Assembly: GCA_965644265.1 (NCBI GenBank) | Contig: OZ286476.1 | Coordinates: 20,398,001 to 20,462,000 of the forward strand | Length of the DNA stretch: 64,000 nucleotides | Direction: 5' to 3' | Source: Glycera tridactyla | Taxonomy: Eukaryota | Part shown: positions 63,001 to 64,000 of the stretch, piece by piece | Numbering within the stretch: the stretch's first letter is position 1 | Layout: every line of letters starts with the position of its first letter | Made by a program: the position numbers and the translations under genes | The notes under the pieces: generated by a model | Databases searched by the model: none | What the model was told of the DNA's origin: nothing | The model's input: the letters and a program-made list of their open reading frames with translations, nothing else

Positions 63001-63452
63001 TTTCAAGTGATATCACATACCTGTTTATCACATAGAAAAGCGTTTGCCTCTGTTGTTGGCTCTGAAATTTGTCCCCAAAATGAGATGGTGTGAAAATGCT
63101 TCAGTAAAATACGCACTCCCTAAATATTTTTTGTGTCTTTGATTTGCAGATGTGCCAGGCATGCCAGGCAACTTCCGTGCTACAGACATCACAAAGAACA
63201 GCGTCAACTTGGAATGGACCAAACCTCGTCACGATGGAGGCTCGAAGATCAAGAATTACGTCATCGAACGTTGTGATGCTGGGCGTAACATCTGGACACA
63301 TGTTGCTAACGTTCATGGTAACAAGACTTCAGTACATGTACCCAATCTTGTACCTGGTAACGAATACCACTTCAGTGTCTACGCCGAGAATGAGATCGGT
63401 GCTGGAGAGCCCTACCGCATGGAGATCCCCATCAGGGTGAAAACAGAGGATG
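1..63452 (+). CDS. Partial multi-exon gene (49 exons in window) for a giant titin/connectin/twitchin-family Ig-Fn3 muscle protein
   Basis: All exons listed below have GT donors and AG acceptors (exon 1 is cut by the window start) with compatible phases, giving a 14,818-nt open frame. Fn3 domains carry titin-family signatures (P..P..DGG..I..Y.(V/I)E, Y.FRV.AEN..G). Ig domains are I-set-like (W.K, D.G.Y...A.N..G). No kinase, start or stop is seen, so I give no symbol. Confidence 0.95.
238..379. mobile_element. MITE family 2 copy (CAGGCTG...CAGCCTG)
   Basis: Inverted ends CAGGCTGTTCAGTT...CAACAGCCTG; interior shared with 21385, 44022, 44929 and 60131; no TSD found. Confidence 0.65.
620..922 (+). 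CDS. Exon 2: Fn3 (A-Fn2)
   Basis: 303 nt, phase 1-1; [10 protein letters not shown]...MKAKDPW. Confidence 0.95.
1421..1617 (+). CDS. Exon 3: Fn3 (A-Fn3), N-terminal part
   Basis: 197 nt, phase 1-0; [13 protein letters not shown]...ETKYTVK. Confidence 0.93.
1763..2050. other. Assembly gap (N run)
   Basis: Ns inside the intron between exons 3 and 4; the frame is continuous across it, so no exon appears to be missing. Confidence 0.98.
2137..2533 (+). CDS. Exon 4: end of A-Fn3 plus Ig (B-Ig1)
   Basis: 397 nt, phase 0-1; [12 protein letters not shown]...[15 protein letters not shown]...TECTLTVQ. Confidence 0.94.
3706..3993 (+). CDS. Exon 5: Ig (B-Ig2)
   Basis: 288 nt, phase 1-1; [12 protein letters not shown]...AEFEVLVK. 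Confidence 0.94.
4493..4795 (+). CDS. Exon 6: Fn3 (B-Fn1)
   Basis: 303 nt, phase 1-1; [11 protein letters not shown]...KAKLPF. Confidence 0.95.
5466..6062 (+). CDS. Exon 7: two Fn3 (B-Fn2, B-Fn3)
   Basis: 597 nt, phase 1-1; [11 protein letters not shown]...[12 protein letters not shown]...NAKY. Confidence 0.95.
6882..7151 (+). CDS. Exon 8: Ig (A-Ig1), start of full super-repeat 1
   Basis: 270 nt, phase 1-1; [13 protein letters not shown]...GKLTIE. Confidence 0.94.
7770..8051 (+). CDS. Exon 9: Ig (A-Ig2)
   Basis: 282 nt, phase 1-1; [18 protein letters not shown]...IKLIVL. Confidence 0.94.
8523..8828 (+). CDS. Exon 10: Fn3 (A-Fn1)
   Basis: 306 nt, phase 1-1; [11 protein letters not shown]...AKSQH. 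Confidence 0.95.
9344..9646 (+). CDS. Exon 11: Fn3 (A-Fn2)
   Basis: 303 nt, phase 1-1; [11 protein letters not shown]...AKDPW. Confidence 0.95.
10167..10469 (+). CDS. Exon 12: Fn3 (A-Fn3)
   Basis: 303 nt, phase 1-1; [11 protein letters not shown]...DSEDRA. Confidence 0.94.
10939..11072 (+). CDS. Exon 13: Ig (B-Ig1), N-terminal half
   Basis: 134 nt, phase 1-0; [10 protein letters not shown]...WYKNGKE. Confidence 0.92.
11783..11936 (+). CDS. Exon 14: Ig (B-Ig1), C-terminal half
   Basis: 154 nt, phase 0-1; VYKSKKYEM...AMLTVQ. Confidence 0.92.
12058..12239. mobile_element. Old MITE family 1 copy
   Basis: ta-CAGTGAAACTGG...CAGGTTTAAATG; several GAGACC motifs. Confidence 0.55.
12544..12828 (+). 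CDS. Exon 15: Ig (B-Ig2)
   Basis: 285 nt, phase 1-1; [12 protein letters not shown]...FTVVVI. Confidence 0.94.
13406..13702 (+). CDS. Exon 16: Fn3 (B-Fn1)
   Basis: 297 nt, phase 1-1; [11 protein letters not shown]...KARLPF. Confidence 0.95.
13889..13962. repeat. (ATG/ATA/ATC)n trinucleotide microsatellite
   Basis: gatgataataatcatgataatgataataatg... Confidence 0.85.
15325..15455. repeat. (ATT/ATC)n degenerate microsatellite
   Basis: attattataataattatcatgataatgataat... Confidence 0.75.
15753..15908. other. Assembly gap (N run)
   Basis: Ns. Confidence 0.97.
16016..16178. other. Assembly gap (N run)
   Basis: Ns. Confidence 0.97.
16328..16388. repeat. (CA)n microsatellite
   Basis: Pure CA run. 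Confidence 0.95.
16934..17395. repeat. (ACC/AAC)n-rich low-complexity tract
   Basis: Mixed ACC, AAC and poly-C runs; source of the Thr-rich and Val-rich spurious ORFs. Confidence 0.85.
18841..19012. mobile_element. MITE family 1 copy (TA-flanked, CAGTGAAACCTG TIR)
   Basis: ta-CAGTGAAACCTG...CAGGTTTCACTG-ta, GAGACCACC motifs, core TTTGACTATGTCAAA. Confidence 0.85.
19159..19336. mobile_element. MITE family 1 copy
   Basis: ta-CAGTGAAACCTGTCTTGGGAGACC...GGTCTCCCAAGACAGGTTTCACTG-ta; long TIR. Confidence 0.87.
20667..21020. mobile_element. Degenerate family 1 MITEs, probably nested
   Basis: Outer ends CAGTTTAATCTG... and ...CAGGATTGACTCG; inner reverse-oriented copy ending CAGGTTGCACTG at 20923. 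Confidence 0.55.
21154..21331. mobile_element. MITE family 1, AAAGACC subtype
   Basis: ta-CAATCGAACCTGTCTATAAAGAC...CAGGTTTGACTG-ta; internal sequence shared with 54448-54606. Confidence 0.75.
21385..21527. mobile_element. MITE family 2 copy, reverse orientation
   Basis: Reverse complement matches the family (GGCTAACAGAGAAAATGTTAGCC...GTGACAAAAAAGAATGGGGACC). Confidence 0.65.
22515..22727. repeat. (CT)n and (CA)n compound microsatellite next to a gap
   Basis: ctctctcacactctctct...acacacacat. Confidence 0.85.
22728..22874. other. Assembly gap (N run)
   Basis: Ns following a CA microsatellite. Confidence 0.97.
23284..23551. other. Assembly gap (N run)
   Basis: Ns preceding a CA microsatellite. 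Confidence 0.97.
23555..24052. repeat. (CA)n-(CT)n-(CA)n compound microsatellite
   Basis: CA run to about 23700, pyrimidine-rich CT tract to about 23985, then CA. Confidence 0.9.
25605..26935 (+). pseudogene. Candidate decayed spliced gene fragment inside the large intron (identity unknown)
   Basis: 203-aa ORF of ordinary complexity ends at donor tg|gtgagt (26213). Phase-compatible acceptor cag|g at 26366 gives [11 protein letters not shown]. Donor g|gtatgc (26541) and acceptor cag|ga (26704) are compatible after a frameshift in a T5 run. In-frame stops follow. No family recognised. Confidence 0.3.
26941..27167. mobile_element. MITE family 1, GCAACCACC subtype
   Basis: ta-CAGTCAAACCTG...CAGGTTCAACTG; subterminal GCAACCACC / GGTTGCTT motifs. 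Confidence 0.65.
28965..29058. repeat. Tandem repeat, about 3 x 33 bp
   Basis: AAGCTGCTCACAAAGATTACAACAATATGGTTC-type units at 28965, 28998 and 29031. Confidence 0.88.
29816..29939. mobile_element. MITE family 1, AAAGACC subtype
   Basis: ta-CAGTCGAACCTG...CAGGTTCGACTG-ta; perfect 12-bp TIR that extends imperfectly. Confidence 0.85.
30159..30415. mobile_element. Nested family 1 MITEs
   Basis: Left end ta-CAGTCAAACCAG at 30159, interrupted at 30238-30370 by a CAGTGAAACCTGTCTTGGGAGACC copy; AAAGGCCACC/GAGACC motifs resume after it. Confidence 0.6.
30864..31020. mobile_element. TA-flanked MITE with CAGTCAAACCTG TIR, about 110 bp upstream of exon 17
   Basis: ta-CAGTCAAACCTG...CAGGTTTGACTA; interior differs from the other copies. 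Confidence 0.6.
31129..31725 (+). CDS. Exon 17: two Fn3 (B-Fn2, B-Fn3)
   Basis: 597 nt (same length as exon 7), phase 1-1; [11 protein letters not shown]...[12 protein letters not shown]...GAKF. Confidence 0.94.
31959..32055 (+). mobile_element. Possible compact Helentron/HINE-like remnant
   Basis: Starts TTTTTATACGC...AAAAAGCGGGGTATTATAG; ends GGGTAT, short hairpin, CTTGTT. Pattern recalled from HINE/DINE-type elements, not verified. Confidence 0.35.
32371..32640 (+). CDS. Exon 18: Ig (A-Ig1), start of super-repeat 2
   Basis: 270 nt, phase 1-1; [11 protein letters not shown]...AKLDIE. Confidence 0.93.
33379..33663 (+). CDS. Exon 19: Ig (A-Ig2)
   Basis: 285 nt, phase 1-1; [12 protein letters not shown]...VKVKVI. 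Confidence 0.94.
33926..34103. mobile_element. MITE family 1 copy
   Basis: ta-CAGTGAAACCTGTCTTGGGAGACC...CAGGTTTTACTG-ta; close match to 19159-19336 and 47359-47528. Confidence 0.87.
34228..34285. mobile_element. Internally deleted mini-copy of MITE family 1
   Basis: TAGTGGAACCTG...GAGAGACCACC...CAGGCTTCACTG, 58 bp. Confidence 0.5.
34315..34490. mobile_element. MITE family 1 copy
   Basis: ta-CAGTGAAACCTGCGATGAGA...TCTCATTGCAGGTTTCACTG-ta; 20-bp TIR with one mismatch. Confidence 0.87.
34657..34953 (+). CDS. Exon 20: Fn3 (A-Fn1)
   Basis: 297 nt, phase 1-1; [11 protein letters not shown]...VPCSKF. Confidence 0.95.
35543..35836 (+). CDS. Exon 21: Fn3 (A-Fn2)
   Basis: 294 nt, phase 1-1; [11 protein letters not shown]...AKDPF. 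Confidence 0.95.
36388..36690 (+). CDS. Exon 22: Fn3 (A-Fn3)
   Basis: 303 nt, phase 1-1; [10 protein letters not shown]...AKEPL. Confidence 0.95.
37244..37531 (+). CDS. Exon 23: Ig (B-Ig1)
   Basis: 288 nt, phase 1-1; [10 protein letters not shown]...AKLTVH. Confidence 0.94.
37608..37780. mobile_element. MITE family 1 copy, opposite orientation
   Basis: ta-CAGTAAAACT...CAGCTTTCACTG-ta; core GGAGGTATATTTGACTATGTCAAATAGAG. Confidence 0.8.
37961..38248 (+). CDS. Exon 24: Ig (B-Ig2)
   Basis: 288 nt, phase 1-1; [12 protein letters not shown]...FEVDVK. Confidence 0.94.
38419..39030. mobile_element. 612-bp TA-flanked Tc1/mariner-pogo-like non-autonomous element inserted in (TA)n
   Basis: Ends CAGTCGAACC...GGTTAGACTG; arrays of ACGACCACC/GGTGGTCGT motifs; (TA)n runs on both sides; CpG-rich; internal 117-bp tandem duplication at 38626-38864. 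Confidence 0.8.
39263..39330. repeat. Tandem duplication, 2 x 34 bp
   Basis: TATAATATTGATATTTTGTAGAATA(G/A)AATAAATG twice. Confidence 0.85.
39549..39851 (+). CDS. Exon 25: Fn3 (B-Fn1)
   Basis: 303 nt, phase 1-1; [10 protein letters not shown]...TAKLPF. Confidence 0.95.
40544..40731 (+). CDS. Exon 26: Fn3 (B-Fn2), N-terminal part
   Basis: 188 nt, phase 1-0; [10 protein letters not shown]...RETMFK. Confidence 0.93.
41312..41717 (+). CDS. Exon 27: end of B-Fn2 plus B-Fn3
   Basis: 406 nt, phase 0-1; [10 protein letters not shown]...[12 protein letters not shown]...MVRF. Confidence 0.94.
42471..42740 (+). CDS. Exon 28: Ig (A-Ig1), start of super-repeat 3
   Basis: 270 nt, phase 1-1; [12 protein letters not shown]...ADLTIA. 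Confidence 0.94.
43433..43723 (+). CDS. Exon 29: Ig (A-Ig2)
   Basis: 291 nt, phase 1-1; [12 protein letters not shown]...IKIVVV. Confidence 0.94.
44022..44166. mobile_element. MITE family 2 copy
   Basis: GTGTTCAGTTTGGCTAAGAGAGAAAACATTAGCC...GTGACAAAAAGAATGGGGACC...GAACAACCTG. Confidence 0.65.
44596..44892 (+). CDS. Exon 30: Fn3 (A-Fn1)
   Basis: 297 nt, phase 1-1; [11 protein letters not shown]...AKSPY. Confidence 0.95.
44929..45080. mobile_element. MITE family 2 copy
   Basis: CAGGCTGTCCAGTT...AACTGACCAGCCTG; shared interior. Confidence 0.7.
45616..45862. mobile_element. hAT-like MITE with 8-bp TSD
   Basis: TIR TAGTGCT...AGCACTA; perfect 8-bp direct repeat GTAGGGGG at 45608-45615 and 45863-45870; internal palindromic CGATTAATCG motifs. 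Confidence 0.8.
45935..46237 (+). CDS. Exon 31: Fn3 (A-Fn2)
   Basis: 303 nt, phase 1-1; [10 protein letters not shown]...AKDPW. Confidence 0.95.
46673..46978 (+). CDS. Exon 32: Fn3 (A-Fn3)
   Basis: 306 nt, phase 1-1; [11 protein letters not shown]...VTEPI. Confidence 0.95.
47359..47528. mobile_element. MITE family 1 copy
   Basis: ta-CAGTGAAACCTGTCTTGGGAGACC...CAGGTTCTACTG-ta. Confidence 0.85.
47590..47704 (+). CDS. Exon 33: Ig (B-Ig1), N-terminal part
   Basis: 115 nt, phase 1-2; [10 protein letters not shown]...DFEIK, intron splits the core Trp codon (tg|g). Confidence 0.9.
47844..48143. repeat. Tandem minisatellite, 3 x 101-102 bp
   Basis: Unit ATCATTACTGTGGGGGTATTAGTTGTCCAATATAGACTTT...CTGGTTAAAATCATCATCAAT(A/G)AAT starts at 47844, 47945 and 48047. 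Confidence 0.92.
48162..48334 (+). CDS. Exon 34: Ig (B-Ig1), C-terminal part
   Basis: 173 nt, phase 2-1; (W)[10 protein letters not shown]...GNLTVY; absent from the ORF track. Confidence 0.92.
48575..49530 (+). mobile_element. 5'-truncated non-LTR retrotransposon (LINE) ORF2 C-terminus with (GAA)n tail
   Basis: Open frame [39 protein letters not shown]... to a stop at 49496. CCHC-type finger [18 protein letters not shown]. (GAA)5 tail at 49515-49529. Candidate TSD ACAACG at 48569-48574 and 49531-49536. Clade not assigned. Confidence 0.85.
49770..49843. repeat. (ATCC)n microsatellite
   Basis: ccatccatccatccatcc... Confidence 0.8.
49907..50194 (+). CDS. Exon 35: Ig (B-Ig2)
   Basis: 288 nt, phase 1-1; [11 protein letters not shown]...FEAKIK. 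Confidence 0.94.
50793..51098 (+). CDS. Exon 36: Fn3 (B-Fn1)
   Basis: 306 nt, phase 1-1; [10 protein letters not shown]...TAKLPF. Confidence 0.95.
51480..51782 (+). CDS. Exon 37: Fn3 (B-Fn2)
   Basis: 303 nt, phase 1-1; [10 protein letters not shown]...RTAYSSRW...VKDPF; absent from the ORF track. Confidence 0.94.
52411..52580 (+). CDS. Exon 38: Fn3 (B-Fn3), N-terminal part
   Basis: 170 nt, phase 1-0; [11 protein letters not shown]...YTPDK. Confidence 0.92.
53180..53303 (+). CDS. Exon 39: Fn3 (B-Fn3), C-terminal part
   Basis: 124 nt, phase 0-1; [28 protein letters not shown]...RSVKY; absent from the ORF track. Confidence 0.92.
53782..54339 (+). CDS. Exon 40: two Ig (A-Ig1, A-Ig2), start of super-repeat 4
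   Basis: 558 nt, phase 1-1; [12 protein letters not shown]...[10 protein letters not shown]...FEIIVL. Confidence 0.95.
54448..54606. mobile_element. MITE family 1, AAAGACC subtype (degenerate)
   Basis: CAGTCAAACCTCTCTATAAAGACC...; interior ACTGTTGAAATACTACCACGGTCACAGCTCAGGG matches the copy at 21154. Confidence 0.7.
55168..55464 (+). CDS. Exon 41: Fn3 (A-Fn1)
   Basis: 297 nt, phase 1-1; [11 protein letters not shown]...AKSPH. Confidence 0.95.
55673..55830. mobile_element. MITE with CAGTAAAACCTG TIR and internal direct duplication
   Basis: CAGTAAAACCTG...CAGGTTTTACTG-ta; ATCCTGTCTACAGTGAA...AAAAATCT.GCCC occurs twice. Confidence 0.65.
56207..56930 (+). CDS. Exon 42: A-Fn2, A-Fn3 and N-terminal part of B-Ig1
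   Basis: 724 nt, phase 1-2; [10 protein letters not shown]...[12 protein letters not shown]...[12 protein letters not shown]...AEFR(tg|g). Confidence 0.94.
57509..57693 (+). CDS. Exon 43: Ig (B-Ig1), C-terminal part
   Basis: 185 nt, phase 2-1; (W)FKDAKEVYK...CKVTVN. Confidence 0.93.
57837..57999. mobile_element. MITE family 1 copy (degenerate)
   Basis: CAGTGGAACCAG...CAGATTTCACTG-ta; core CATAGTCAAATATACCTCCAATGAGAGACCACC. Confidence 0.7.
58313..58906 (+). CDS. Exon 44: Ig (B-Ig2) plus Fn3 (B-Fn1)
   Basis: 594 nt, phase 1-1; [10 protein letters not shown]...[13 protein letters not shown]...IKSPF. Confidence 0.95.
59590..59892 (+). CDS. Exon 45: Fn3 (B-Fn2)
   Basis: 303 nt, phase 1-1; [11 protein letters not shown]...RRQGYSSRW...AKEAF. 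Confidence 0.94.
60131..60260. mobile_element. MITE family 2 copy (degenerate)
   Basis: CAGGCTGGTTAGTTTGGCTAACAG...TTAGCAACTGCTAGCTG...GAACATCCT. Confidence 0.55.
60458..60763 (+). CDS. Exon 46: Fn3 (third of module)
   Basis: 306 nt, phase 1-1; [11 protein letters not shown]...IREAV. Confidence 0.94.
60865..61034. mobile_element. MITE family 1 copy, opposite orientation
   Basis: ta-CAGTGAAACCTG...CAGGTTTCTCTG-ta; interior close to 18841-19012. Confidence 0.82.
61598..61882 (+). CDS. Exon 47: Ig (B-Ig1-like)
   Basis: 285 nt, phase 1-1; [12 protein letters not shown]...ADLKVK. Confidence 0.94.
62316..62597 (+). CDS. Exon 48: Ig (B-Ig2-like)
   Basis: 282 nt, phase 1-1; [11 protein letters not shown]...FDVMVI. 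Confidence 0.94.
63150..63452 (+). CDS. Exon 49: Fn3
   Basis: 303 nt, phase 1-1; [11 protein letters not shown]...VKTED, donor g|gtgagt; gene continues beyond the window. Confidence 0.94.
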
Positions 63453-64000
63453 GTGAGTGGGAGCTACTACATGGTTGCCGTGGTGATTTTTGCATGTCAT
63501 ACTAACATTCCCCAGCATTTCTCTCAATTTTGAGTAACAACGTAGGGAAAATTGTTCCAAATAATAACACTTTTCTGCTGACGGAAAGAGAGGTAATTTG
63601 AATATGCAAATGAGGCAGCAGAGAGAGATCATGGCATTGAGTGGGTAAGACTGATAGATGGCAGTGCATTTGCTGTGATCGGCAAATTGTGCCAATTCAC
63701 ATTTTAGGTGAACAGCCAGAAACATGCTCCTCGGGAATCGATTTTATCCATGGTTGCTACAGTTAACACAGAGTAGAGACAGATCTGATATCAGATCGGC
63801 TTCTATATAGCCATTTATCAGGATATAATTCTATCTGACAAAAATCTTGTCCTGAGCCATGGTCAACTTGTCCAAAGTCTGATCCTAGGCATGTGTCAGT
63901 TGAACAAAATCTATGTTAAATTGTTGACATTCAAGATAACTATCTCCAATCTAAGAAAGTGATCAAGATGATGTTATAAACAGAGGCAGATGAGCTCTAG

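Noticed and set aside
1-64000. Assigning TTN, unc-22 or bent/projectin as the gene symbol
   Set aside because: The domain pattern matches none of these exactly, and no kinase or terminus is in the window to establish orthology.
1-64000. tRNA, rRNA or snRNA genes
   Set aside because: I saw no cloverleaf, A/B-box pair or rRNA-like segment by eye; a covariance-model scan (tRNAscan-SE, Infernal) was not possible.

Overview
Eukaryotic (invertebrate-type) genomic DNA with five assembly gaps. The whole window lies inside one + strand gene for a giant titin/connectin/twitchin-family muscle protein. I traced 49 GT-AG-bounded coding exons that splice into one uninterrupted frame of 14,818 nt (about 4,939 codons) and encode 51 domains (20 Ig, 31 Fn3, the first Fn3 partial). 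No start codon, stop codon, kinase or PEVK segment is in the window, so the gene continues past both ends. The domains follow a strict [Ig-Ig-Fn3-Fn3-Fn3] module. Two alternating module types (A and B) form a 10-domain, about 980-aa super-repeat: four complete copies, a partial copy upstream, and a breakdown of the pattern at the 3' end. One intron (13703-31128) is 17.4 kb, while its homologues in other repeats are 0.4-0.7 kb. It holds microsatellites, MITEs, four gaps and a possible decayed spliced gene. Introns carry many non-autonomous elements: a large TA-flanked Tc1/mariner-pogo-like MITE family, a hAT-like MITE with an 8-bp TSD, a second MITE family, a 5'-truncated LINE and several tandem repeats. 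Species and exact orthology cannot be determined from the sequence alone.
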